DNA of 64,000 nt from Dipteris shenzhenensis (taxonomy: Eukaryota), in assembly GCA_047967505.1 (NCBI GenBank), contig CM106538.1, one strand, 5' to 3'. Both the position numbers and the translations under genes were made by a program. Under the pieces are notes generated by a model. The model ran no database searches. It was not told where the DNA came from and worked only from the letters and a program-made list of their open reading frames with translations. Of the stretch, positions 13,325-25,542 are shown in pieces (the stretch's first letter is position 1; each line of letters starts with the position of its first letter).

Positions 13325-14030
13325 TGTTGGAAAGGTCACCTCCCCATCTGTAAGCCCCCAAATGAGGAGAGCGTGGGGGAGGGAGACCTAGGGCAGAAGA
13401 TGCCTAGAGAATAGAGAGAGAGGGGGCTGCCACATGGGCAGCACCTCACAAGAGAAGAAGGCTGCAACAGATGGCGCGAATTACAGTGCAGATGGCGGGG
13501 ACAGCAAGATCTGGAGAAGATACATTATATGGACTTTGAACCAAACCAGCTTCTCTCTCTCCTCTAATCTGGGATATGAACATGGGCTTTAGATGCGAAA
13601 ACAAGAAAATGCTCAATTGCAGGCTTTTTACTTGAATAAGCCACCTCTGGCATAACTCCTTCATGTGCTCTCATCTTTGTCCTGTTGAAACCGGATGATA
13701 TAGTCCACTGTCGAACGGCCCCATCCCAGTAAATCCTTCTCAGGATCATTACCGCCAACATTCTTCTTGCCATTTCCATAATTACTCGGTTCTTGCTCTC
13801 TGCCACATCATAACTGTCATTTGTCTGTTGATACACCTCTGCTTGTAGAATGCTATGAACTCCTTACCAACATACTCTCCAACTCTGTTAGTGCGAAGAG
13901 TCTTCAATTCGTGTCCTGCCCTTCCCTTGGGATTTTTTCATTCCATCCTATGAAGAGAGTCTTGATCTTGAAGTCCCTTCCCTGGTCGCCTCCTTTGTTG
14001 TCATTGTCATCAGATAAGGATGTGACTTAG
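13325..14030. mobile_element. Rearranged Copia debris: + strand LTR 5' fragment (13325-~13445) fused to minus-strand integrase/gag remnants
   Basis: 13325 TGTTGGAAAGGTCACCTCCCC matches the LTR family start. Minus ORF 13564-13836 has AESKNRVIMEMARRML and FASKAHVHIPD (Copia integrase). Confidence 0.6.
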
Positions 14031-15457
14031 CATCTATAAAGGTAGCCCCTTTCTCGGCCTGACCTCCTGCTGGATGGCTGCTGATGTGTCTGTACAGCAG
14101 TGTTTACTGCCCTGGTTGTTGCTTGACACCTAGTAGATGGTCACCGTGACACCCATAATGGTGGACCAGGCCTCTCCCTAGGAATGATGCAGTTCTGCTT
14201 TCCAGCCAGTGTTGGCAACTCTTTGGCCTACAAATGCCACCATGTAGCTCTACATTTCCCACTTTGGTGGGGCATCCGGCATGTGTGGCTGGGGCTGTAT
14301 GTGCTGCTCATGTGGCAGCCACCTTACTACCTAGATGGCAGCCCACTGATCCTCTGATCTGCTGACATGGAACCATAGAATTGGTCCACCTGGCAGTCGT
14401 ACCACCGGATCAAAGAGATGTCCATGTGCCGCCACGGGAGAGCTCTTAGGAACAAAGTTAAAGGCATCCTTGAACATTGGTCCATACACCCACATCTCCT
14501 ACTCCTCTAGGTACCGCTCGGCAGAGTCCTCCAACTCCATCATCCATCATGTGCACTCCACAGATGGTCAAGCCATCCTCCAATTAATAGATGACTATCA
14601 ACCTGTCCCCGTCATGAACTAGGAATAGTCTGGATTATGTCAAGCATTAAGCACCAAGGGTCTATTGCAACCTGTCAATCATACCATCCATAGACTCCCT
14701 CCAATTCACTTAAATGGAGAAATCCTTGTGGCTAGCCCAAATAGATTCCCTCTACCTAGAAAACATCCGCTAGCAGAAGAAGCTCACCAAGGAAATCATT
14801 AGTGCACATACCTCTTGACAATCTATTTGCAGATTGTTTGGACTAGATGAGCTTGTAACGGTGAGCTCATTGCATATACAAATATTCAACAAGTCGAACA
14901 CTTTTAAATTTGAAATTCTTTCTCACTGAGGTACTGCAACTAGCATAGGGTGGACCGTATGTTCACTGTTGAAGGCAATCGTACAGGTGGGATCATGACC
15001 TGAGAGAATATATTGTTTTATGGTTTTCAGGAAGGCATAGACAGTATAATGGGCTCCCTTGATCATGAGAGAGCTGGAGTTACCAGAGGGATCATGTGGG
15101 TGCAGGGTGTTAGGGCAGATAAGATGTAAGTAGGGCCGTTGGAGCATTTTACGGCGATTGACACATTGTGAGTCGGATATCATGAATGGACTCTAATATT
15201 ATTTTGGTCAAGTTTGTCGTGCTATCATTGGAACAAAACATGAGCGTTTCCTTTTTGATCCCTTTCAGACTGAGAATTTACTCCCTTTGTGTGAAAATTG
15301 ACCTTTTCTCATGGGTTTACACTATCTATAAAGAAGCATTTTTGTAAAAATCAAGGTATTACAAGTTTTGTGGAAGGCTGAAAGTAGATAGTCCTTTGGG
15401 TCTCTTGTGTGCAGTAAAGGTAGGGTTATTGCTGACTTCTCTCCTGTTTTATGGCAG

Positions 15458-15490
15458 GTTGTCACGCCAGTTGCCCCACTAAGTCAACAG
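15458..15490 (+). CDS. ZMAT2: Host gene 33-nt microexon B of ZMAT2
   Basis: GGCAG|GTTGTCACGCCAGTTGCCCCACTAAGTCAACAG|GTTAGT translates to VVTPVAPLSQQ. It is phase 0 at both ends and continues exon A exactly. Confidence 0.9.
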
Positions 15491-18400
15491 GTTAGTGTGA
15501 TTCTATCATGGAAATTGCTACTGTTTTCCATCTGCCTCTAGTTGTACAATGCTGTTGCTCATGCTTGTTAGTCATATCATGTGCCTCTACTCTCTGGAAA
15601 TCTCTTGCCTATGCTTGTTGATTCTGATGCCACATGCAATCGATATCCTGAATTCACTGGTCCTTGATTCCTCAACATTTGTATGTGCTGTGTGTAAAAT
15701 GCATGTGACTCAATGTAAATCATTCACTGATGACTGAGAAATAGACATTTAGCATATGAGCGTAGAATTTAAATGGTTAGTTCTTATGGCCAAAAGATTG
15801 CAGCTATTTTCCCAATTGAATGAAATAGTTTCCTGATTTGTTAATCCTTGAAGTTAAAAAGAAGAGATGGTTCTCTCTGAAGCTCTCGGATCTATACGGA
15901 TGCATGCTTATGATGATATTCACCAACATGTGTCCTTTTCTTGGCTATTTATATAGCCTTGAAACATGTTGTGTTTCTATGTGAGGGGGAGTGTGCATTA
16001 GAATATGTGCACGCACTCTCTTCTTTTGATGTCCTATTTAAGAAGCTTTGAATATGGAGAGACATCAAAACAGCAGGTGCTTTTTGGTCCAATGAAGAAG
16101 CAGCAGTGTGTATGTGAAGGGCTCCAGTTTATGCAAGTCTAAGAAGGGCACATAGACTGGAAGTGGTAGCTAGTTTAGTAACATGGATGCTGTTTGGATC
16201 AGTTAAGGAGCAGCAGTGTGTAGACAAAGTCGCCAGTTTATGGTCGTAGTTGTGCTTGAATGCAAGTTTAAGAAGGGCTTTAGAAGACTGAGGTTGATGA
16301 TTCCTTGGCAGTCAGTGAGGATAATTTAGGGAGGTAGCAGCTCCAGTCAGTAGAGAGGTTGAGTCCTTCACTCTGGTACAGTTTCCTCTTCATCATGTTC
16401 CGAGGCACCAGCAGTAGCAGTGACCAGTGTCCTCACCGTCAGTTCCCTTGGTGTGGGCAGCAGTTCGGTTGAGTCATCGGAGGGGTGCTCATGAGTCGGG
16501 TTCCTCTATCCGTTCATTCGAGAGGCATTCTTATCTTTAGGTAGTTCTTTATCCTTTTGAGGAGCATCTATTCCTTCCATCTCTCAGTTCTTTGGAGATG
16601 CGTGTCATTCGAGGTGTTCTCAGCAGTTTCAGACAACTCACAGTCCTTTGAGGCAGCATCCCAGTTAGTAGATCCAGTAGAGGGGTGCTCAATTGCTCTG
16701 CCATGCCTTCGGGCAGCATCGTCTTCAGTGCATTCATTAGAGGAATACTTATCAGTCCTGCTATCTCTCAGTCTCGTTGGGACACAGCCACAGTTTCAGC
16801 AGCTTCCGACATCACTCAGGTTCTTCGGGAGACATTCACATCCACAGTTCCAAATTCTAGGAGGGTGGCAATGTGTTAACCCTCAGCAGTTGTCACGCCA
16901 ACAGAGGAGGTAGGTGTATTCCAGCTTTCTCTCACAACAGTCATGCAGACAGCAGTATCTCAGTTTCCAGGAGTGCCCATGAGGTTTCTGAAGTTTCTGG
17001 GATTTCAGTTTTGGTTGCCTAGCCTCAATGGCTTTGTCATCACTCCAGCAGCTCATGGAGTAGCTCCAACATTTCTATGTGGGTGGATTTCTGCAGTGGG
17101 GAGGGTGCATGCCAGCAGTTGGTAGCCAATTTCATGCCATTAGCCTTCTAGAGTGCCATGCCTCCGCATTGTAGGCCATCTTCTCCCGGTCGTATTGATG
17201 CCCTCTGGGCCTTGGTATGTGCCATGTAGCTTTAGTTATTGGCACTTAGGTCACCTAGTACTTTTAGTGTCTTATGACACCTAGTACTAGTGGTAGCACT
17301 AGGACACTAGGTCCCAGGGTTCCCTTTTATTGTACTTTGTACTTTCATTTCATTCATAGTTGATGTGACGGCTTTCACTCCTTGCTCCACTCTTTGTATC
17401 CTTTCACTTCCGGGAGCCTACAGCGGTATTAGAGCGGGTTCTACCTATTGCTCTTGTCACTCCCAGCTATCCTGAGTCCTCTACATCTTTGAGGCGGCTG
17501 TACCTTTGCTGTTTTACAGCTCCATACAGCTCGTTTTTGGCATGTGTGGATATCTGAGGACTTTGCAAGCGCCTCCATCGTCAACAATCTTCCACTTTCT
17601 CAGTGTAGACGACTGTTCTAGAGATGACCTACACCTTTTTCGAGGAGAGTTCAGCCAGGCACCTGTTCGTGGCAGCTCTTTTCCACATCCCGAGGCAGTT
17701 CATTGTCAGAGCAGCTCATTGCTCTTGGTGCCTACCCCTTCTTTTGCCTTGCAAGCTTTCCTCTTGCTCCTTTGATCGTGCCCACTTCGTGGTGCTCCAG
17801 CTTGTGCCATCACGCCGTACACCTGCCGTACCTGCAACGCCACCGTCAGCTATTCAATCCCCTGTGCTCCGTCCGTACATCTCCCCGAGCGTTGTTCGTA
17901 CAACTCGCGCTTGACTTTCGTACACCTATTCCGTACAGCGCCGTACAACAGTATGATTTAGCTACAGGTTGTCCATACAGGTTCTTTCTATTGCAGGTTC
18001 ATTTCAAGACTTGTGCATTTCGGGATTTGTTCTAGCTACACAGGTGCATCTTGAAGCCATTGTTTGGCTGTGGTTTCAAGTAGGAGAAATTTGGGGCTTT
18101 TGGTCGTGCATTGCAATTTTGCATACATTTTTGGGGCATTTGCAGGGACATTGCCAAGTTTGGGGCTTTCAATCAATTTGCCCTTTTGGTTGCAATTTCT
18201 TGCAGAAATTTGGGGCTTTTGGGTTTATTGTAGGCAGATTGCAGGATATTCTCAAATTTGCAGGTTATTTTGGTCACATTTGCTCAAATAGCAGTGACAT
18301 TTACCCGCTTTGATATGAAATTGGGAGTTTCTAGTGAAATTGACAAGACGTTGTAGGACATTTGGTCACATTTGCAAAGTGGCAGCTTAAATTGGGGCTT

Positions 18401-18614
18401 TTCAACGTTTGCCCTCTTTTTGACCATTTTGTCCTTTGAGATTGTGGGGCTTTTGCCTTAGCTTCTATTTGCAGTTGAAAGCCTTGAGGCTATTTGGTCA
18501 ATGCACTTTTAGTTGTGCTTTTTACAATGGTTGGCAACAACAATGATTTGTTTGGCGTTCTCCGTGAAGATGATAAGTTGGATGGCACCAACTCCTATGT
18601 GGTCCTACCTTATG

Positions 18615-18650
18615 GGGTGCGTACATATTATGAGCGGAAACCCTTGAGCG
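18615..18650 (+). repeat. Left degenerate TIR of the MULE
   Basis: GGGTGCGTACATATTATGAGCGGAAACCCTTGAGCG versus the reverse complement of the right end, GGGGACGAGCATTTTCCGAGCAAAAACATACGAGCG. Confidence 0.75.
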
Positions 18651-19291
18651 GATTATCCGAGCAACACTCAATGGAGTTATACTTGAATGAATGTTTTTTT
18701 ATGGAATATCTTTTTTTAAAAACCTCAATCGACAGCTCTCATATTAGCTGCATGCATGTACCAAGGTACAAAGAGCCAAAGACATATACCCTTGGTTTGA
18801 ATGCTCTCATGATGCAATTGTGTGTATTATATTTGCACATTCATTGTATTTTCTATAAGCCTCAACATGCCAACAAAATTAGGACTAGTGGCATTGTTCA
18901 CTTTTAAGTAGATATGCTTATTAATACCTCCCCTCAAGCTTGTGAGATTGCCAACAATTATTTGTTTTTAGTCTTTCGAAACTCAATAGAGGGATGGATA
19001 TATATTTTAACAATCAAAGATGTAAACTATGAATTCACCTAAAAATTCAAACCTAAAAATTACAACTTGCCATACATTTCCAAAACAACTATGACATGTT
19101 CATATTATTAGGTCAAAGACCATTAAAATCACATGATTCAGAAGCCATAATCTATCAATCCATAAGAAGTTAAGGTTTGCATAAGAAGGTAATGGCTATC
19201 CATCCATAAGAAACCAGGTCTACATGAGATGATAATGAAAACATGAGAAATTAAGTTTTGCATCAATCCATAAAAAGCCAGGACATGCTCT

Positions 19292-22200
19292 CTAGACCTC
19301 ATCAGCCAAGTCATCTATGTAGTCTAGATGCCCATGATGCCTCTCCACCAACTCATAATCGAATGTGCTATCTCCTGCCATTTGGGTAGCCACATCTTCT
19401 GCATAGCAAGGCAGAACACTAAGCTCAATTAGTCAGTATCTAACCATGCTTAAATTATACACATAGATCAAATAAATTACTCACTAATCAAGAGGTGCAT
19501 CAAAGTCATAGTCTGTCTCCTCATCATCTATCATGAGGACTGCTTGATTCACACTTGAAGGCCCTGCCTCTGTGAAGTTGTCTCTAAGCATGCCTTCTAA
19601 GTATCCTGTGCAAATCTCTTTGTCATTGTCCACTGCCATGCATGGACGTCCTGAGTGAATTGCTGCTTTCATCCCAGGTGCTGTACCTGCACCAAGCTCA
19701 AGCACAGAGCCTCCAATCGGACACAACAACTCCATGAACATCAACATCATGGAGCTACTCTTCTCCAACCCACCACGCCACTGTCCACCCTTTCCCTCTT
19801 TTATGCACCGTACACTTGAAGGCAAGTAATGAGTGATGAAATAATTGTCCATGCACACCTTAAGGGATTGGGAAACTTTATTTGCCCTATCAAGATAGTG
19901 ATGTGCCTTCTTGCCAATCCTAGAGAACAATAGGATTTGAAAGGCAGTAATCTACATAAAACATAGATTGAAAAAGTTAATGGAGAATACTAAAATACGA
20001 ACAAACAAGAACATGACAATCATGTAAATAGCCAAATGACATACCTTGACACCAAAGCCAACATTATCCGCAACATCAATGCAATCTCCCGTCTCCACGA
20101 TCCATCTACATGTACTAACTATAAGATACCAATAGCTGAATGCAATTCACATAAACAGACATTATCAACTGTGATATATTGCTCACCTACAAGAAACCTC
20201 TAGTCTCATTTGTCTTGCCAAACGCTCAACGAATGAAGTGGATACAGGTGAACACATCACCAATGTCCATCCATAATCATCCATCACAGATGAAGCAATA
20301 GCAAGTGAGCATGAGATATGCTCCTCATTTAGAATGTTCCATCCAGGGATTCCACCCTTGATTCCACTCACTATTGATCCTGTAGGAAGGTCAATCAAGC
20401 AAAAATCCACACTCCATGCAGCATTTTTTCCATTGCGTGACTTCTTCATGCCACCAAGTTCATGGTAAAAATTTCTTATGATTTGAAAAGCCCCATCATA
20501 CTTGTATTGCTTAACTTCTTTTCCAAGTGATACATAATCATACTCCCAAACTTTGTAGTTCTCTTGTGAGATACGAGTTGCAAATGATGAGAAAGTGGAC
20601 AAAGGAACATAAACCATATCCGTATTACACACTTTCTTGCTAAGAAGAGACTCCTCCTTTCGTGGATCATTGTCTACAATAACAAAGAATCCTAAATTAA
20701 ATTTGTAGGAAGCTTCTAATCACTTTGAAACATGAAAGAAAGAGTTATAAGAAAATAGACCTGTGTTAGAAGTGCCCGTTGGTTTAGGTCTTCCACCTCG
20801 TTTGTTATTTGGAGTCACATGACTTGCCTTTTGCTTTTCTACTATTGCTTTTTGCTCCTCTTCAAGCCTCTTCTTTTGTGCCTCATCCATGTTGCCCGAC
20901 GAACCCGAGTTTGACTTGCACTCACCTTTTAAATGGCGATCATAAGTTTCCTTCTCTTCCTCGATACATGTTCCAGCCTTCATCTCGATCCACCAAGGGC
21001 AGTGCTTCCTTTCCCACTCCGTAAGCAATATATGACCATCCTTATGCTTATTCTCTCGAAAAATATGAGAGGTGTACATGCAATAAGTAGCAGGTGCAAG
21101 CATAGTCCAAGCCTTGCAAATGGATGGTACCACCTTAAGACTCTTATTTGCAGCCAGATAATGGAGATACCTAAATGATTTTTAGGATAATATAAGAGAA
21201 TGCAAGGTATTACAAAGATATCTTTCAATTGAAAACGAAAGCCAAAACGCACCTGTAAACCAATCGTCTGCTGGCATTTGTAAGATCAACTTGCTTAGAT
21301 GGAACAACAGCAACTGTCATCAATGAAGCAAAAGGCTCAAACAAAAAAGGCCTGTGTCTCACTATAATGCCATCAAAGTATTCCAGAATAGAAGGACTGT
21401 CTGGAAGTGTAGCTGCACCCTCAATGCTTGATGATTTCATCACTTGGTCAAGCAATCGCCCAGCATCTGCCAACACATGGTCCATCCATACTTCTTTTGC
21501 AAGCCAAGGTATGAAACCATGGTCAGTCATAGGCATCCCATAACTCTCCTTTAGATTGTCATCTGCACCAAGAAGAGAAAGAATAGATAGTTGCTTTGCC
21601 TTGGAACAGGTTGCAATTGATACTTGGTAAAGCTTCTCCAAAGTGATCTTCATTGATGTATCCTCAAATGGTAAATTCCAAAGGATATTAAACCACTCCT
21701 TGCCATGGGAAGTATTGACTATTGAAAGCATCTGCCAAATAGTAAAGTTTTAGAAGAGACTTTGATACACACAACAAACCATATATTAAGGTTTTCAAAG
21801 TACAAACTAAAAATTTGCAAGTTGTAACTATAGATTTATAATTTTCAAATCATATATTATGGTTTATGAGTTGTAAAATTAGAATTTGAAAACTATAAAT
21901 TCAAATTTGCAAACTATAAATTCAAATATCTGAGATATAAAACGTAGAATTTTGTGGACTACAAATTCAAATTTGTGATCTATAAATACAAAATTTGGTA
22001 AATTGAAAACTTACCCGTGTAATTTTTCTTCGATATGTTGCTCCCACAGTCTTTTTAATCTCATGAATCTTGGACTCTCTCTCATCCTTTGGCATGGAAG
22101 AATGCAATTTCTTGCATTGAGCCTCAAAATCTGATTTCCATTTCCCCTTTCAACATAAACAGATAATCTCATCATAATGTTATTGGAACACAAAGCAAAG

Positions 22201-23345
22201 TCACAAAAAAAGAAAATATATAAACTAAAGAACTAATACTTACAGCAAATACCATCCTCCCAAGAATAGTTTGGGTGAGGGGATACCACACCCTTCGTCC
22301 ACTTCCAATCTCTTTCTGTCTTGCCAACTCAATAGCTTTTTTCTCCTCCTCACTAAAATCCTGAGTAAAATATTGAGCATCACAAGATACGAGTGTGCTT
22401 GTGTGGTACAAATAATCCTTGAGATTAGTAACAACAATTGCATCTTCATTAAGCCTGCAACCATTGACTTAAATGGATCAAAATTGGTTTCATTTACAAG
22501 CACTTACCATCTCAATATAGAAAACATAAACAACAAGGCTTACAAGTTAAATCTTTGCAGAGCAGCAACAAGCTTAAGCTCATCCTTTGCTTCCGGTTCA
22601 ATAACTTGAGCTTGCACTCTAATGTGTCTAGACTTGATATTTGTGTAAAGCTCTTCTATGCTTTCCATCCAAGATGCTGTACGATGATTTCCTTCCCACA
22701 CGAAGAACATTTTGTTTGATAGAAAGCTCCATGGTGTGCCAATTATCTCTGATTCAAACTCATCATTAACTAAGCTCCAATTCTTGTCCCAACGTTCTCT
22801 TGTGACATCATCAACATCCTTCGAAGACCCATCAGGCATTTTGATAGATAGAATAAAAGATCCTTTTGTCGGAATGTATCCCTCTATTTCAAATGCTCTT
22901 TTCAAAATGGTCAAATCATTCCTAATTTGACGCACAACTGGGTTTATGAGACAACGACACAAGGGAATTCGAGGAGGTGGAATTTCTTTAGTTACTGTAA
23001 GAAGCTCTAAAATATCTGCACCTGAAGGTCTCTCAACACACTCTGGAATGATATCCTCCACATCATCTTTAACTCCTACTTTGTTGGATGGTTCATCTAT
23101 AGTTTTATCCTTGTTGTCCTCAGGATCCTCAATATCATTTTCAATGTCAACTTGCTCAAGCTCCTTCAGTTCATTCTTGACCTCTGACTCTTGCTTCTTC
23201 CTTTTGCCACCTTTCCTTGTGATAGGACTAGACACATCACGTTTCTTTCTCTACACATTTGAAGAACTCAATTACAAGATTTGCAAAAATGCAAAGGTGA
23301 AATGCAACTAGAAAAAGAAAAAGAATCCAAACTTACTGGAGGCAT
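19292..23345 (-). CDS. Cargo gene: ParB/Srx-like domain + beta-class amino-methyltransferase-like domain, ~1029 aa, 10 exons
   Basis: Model: complement join 23345-23337, 23250-22544, 22454-22244, 22146-22015, 21731-21253, 21170-20761, 20673-20187, 20105-20045, 19951-19485, 19418-19292. All introns are GT-AG, phases are consistent, 3090 nt, no stops. It starts MPPRKKR (NLS-like). ParB-like FFVWEGNHRTASW. MTase motif IV-like VDFCLIDLPTG, then motifs X-I-II EKSSSMMLMFMELLCPIGGSVLELGAGTAPGMKAAIHSGRPCMAVDND. The last exon is less certain; the alternative stop is at 19484. Confidence 0.8.
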
Positions 23346-23789
23346 TTGTTGCACAACTTTCAATAAGCTCACCTGCACAAGAAGAAAAACAAATAAATGA
23401 CATAGTGAAACCATCTTTGAAATGATTAAATGAAAAATGACAGAGTGTAACCATCTGAAAAATGACAGAGTGAAGGCACGGGAGAAATTCAGCTGAACAG
23501 AAGAAAGCATGGAAATTCAGACTGATTCCCAAAAAAGAAGCGTAAGGAAGCCAAGGCTATGGTGAGTGGAGAAGCGTAAGGAAGCCACAACAACAGAAGC
23601 GTAAGGAAGTGAGTGGAGAAGCGAAAAAAGAGAGACAAGAAGGACTAGCGTTGGCGAAAAAAGAACTAGCGTTGATTAATTTCTTTGCGTTGTTGATTAG
23701 CTTGGACAGAGAGACAGGTGAAAAGGAGCCTTGGTGGTTAGCGTGGATGGAGAGATAGGCGGAAGCGAGCCTTGGAGGGAGAGGGAAGG

Positions 23790-23950
23790 AGAGAGACAGG
23801 AAGGACGAGTGATGAAGGGAGCATGGAGAGAGAGGAAGGACCGAGTGATGAAGGGAGCATGGAGGAAGAGGAAGGACGAGTGATGAAGGGAGTATGGAGG
23901 GAGAGAGAGGAAGGACTGAGTGATGAAGAGGAAGAGGAAGGACTGAGTGA
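23790..23950. repeat. Purine-rich ~35-bp tandem repeat, probably in the cargo-gene 5' UTR
   Basis: Repeated GAGGAAGGAC(C/T)GAGTGATGAAGGGAG(C/T)ATGGAG units. Confidence 0.8.
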
Positions 23951-23952
23951 AC

Positions 23953-24004
23953 ACTAGTGAACACTAGTTTCGCTGGCGAAACTAGTTTCGCCAGCGAAAC
24001 TAGT
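23953..24004. repeat. Palindrome cluster 1 (two overlapping 24-bp palindromes) upstream of the cargo gene
   Basis: ACTAGTTTCGCTGGCGAAACTAGTTTCGCCAGCGAAACTAGT at 23963-24004. Confidence 0.95.
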
Positions 24005-25542
24005 GAACGAAGGGATTTATGAGACTTTGCACAGGACAAACGAGCGACAAGGGAGACTGGCTCGCCAACTCCCCCCCCCCAAAACTATCAAGACTTTATA
24101 AAAACTAGAGTCGAAGTGGCTGCCCGTCCTGATATCTTGAACGCTGGCGATGGATAGGCAGGGGTGAGTCACATGTTCAAGCAAGGCCATCTTCTCTCAG
24201 CGAACATTCCGACAAAACGTGACGAAGGTCAAAATGAAGGCGCAACTCAAGATCTGAGGCCAACGCGCGAACTATTCACGACTTTGATGATGAAGAGGAC
24301 TAAGATTGATGGCTTGATAAAAAATAAATCTGTGATGCTAAATCTGAGTGAAAGATCTCGCTTTTGATCGTTGCTACTTGTTGACGAATTCTCTGTTGTG
24401 GTATGGATCACCTGGGAATTTCTAGAGCAAGAGTTATCCTTCAACCTAGTTGCGCAATTTGAACGCCTGAAGCGCCTTGATTCATATTGGTGCCTCTACC
24501 TTTTGATTTGGTGCAAGTAATGCTTGCAAGTTGATTGCTTCTTACCAAGATTGCGAGACTTCGCCAAACAAACTCAAGCTCCCCCGAATCATGTTGGTCA
24601 GAGTCTACTACCTTCTTCTAGCACCTCATTCTGACAGAAGATGGGGCAGTGGTTGTAGCTCTCCGCTCTAACGTGATGCATGTGGGTCTCTAGTGTTTAG
24701 ATTCAAGTTTTGGCTCAGAGCTTGGAAGCAACATCGTGCTGTGTTTTAATGACCTTTTTCGAATAGAAATCTGAGAAGTTTCTCGAATTCATGAAGTATT
24801 GAAAGAATGCACTCGTGACTTGCACCATTTCTAGCGACAAAAGAACACAGGATTAACACTTGCAATGAAATAGAACGGGAACTTGCAGGCATTTGCGAAA
24901 TAGAAAAACACAGAAGCTTGCGAAACGTGCGCAGATTGCACGTTACAGAACCGGGAGAGACGCCACATCATCGTTCAGAAATACAGACAGAATGAACCTC
25001 CGTTGACGGAAATACAAACAGAATGAACCTCCGTTGACGGACGAAAATTTTGTACCACGGTTCGACTTTGTCTGATGTTGCGCTCTTTGGAATTTGGAGG
25101 AGAAGCTTGCACAAGAAGATGTTGCGCTCTTTCTGTGGCAGACAGGTAGCCAACTTCATGCGAGCCGTCTGCGTATTGCAGCTTAAACGAGCAAGACTTA
25201 GCCGAGTATTGAAGCCTGAGCTGTTCAAGCAGAGGGGGGACGTGCACGGCACCCGCTTGTAGGAGGAGGAGTGGGCGGGGCGAAAGAGCGGGCCACGGAG
25301 GTCACACGGTTTGCAACTAGGCGAGCAGCCGGTCCAACAGAGCTCGCTACCGGTGTCGAGGGTGAAGATGAGCCGACGAGGGCAGAGAGGTAGACTTCGG
25401 TGCCAGAATTGTCGAGGTAGGAGACATGACCTAAGATAGGAGAAGGGCGGTGGGAACGGCGAGGGCGTAGGCGTTTGCGAAGCGCGAGACCGGAGGAGAC
25501 GAAGTGATGGAGGGGGGAGTCGGGGGGGAAGGAGGCGAGAAC

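Noticed and set aside
15983-17224. PPT-like GAGGGGGAG-TG followed by CAG-rich sequence
   Set aside because: Probably retroelement debris, but no partner LTR, TSD or coding motif could be established.
19292-23345. Bacterial or phage contamination explaining the ParB-MTase gene
   Set aside because: The gene has nine spliceosomal introns and an NLS-like start, and lies within a TSD-bounded element inside a plant Copia.
23557-24039. 160-aa and similar ORFs (also 26457-26870, 34750-35079, 46394-46787, 49879-50326)
   Set aside because: These are translations of low-complexity or tandem repeats in UTR/LTR sequence and carry no protein motifs.
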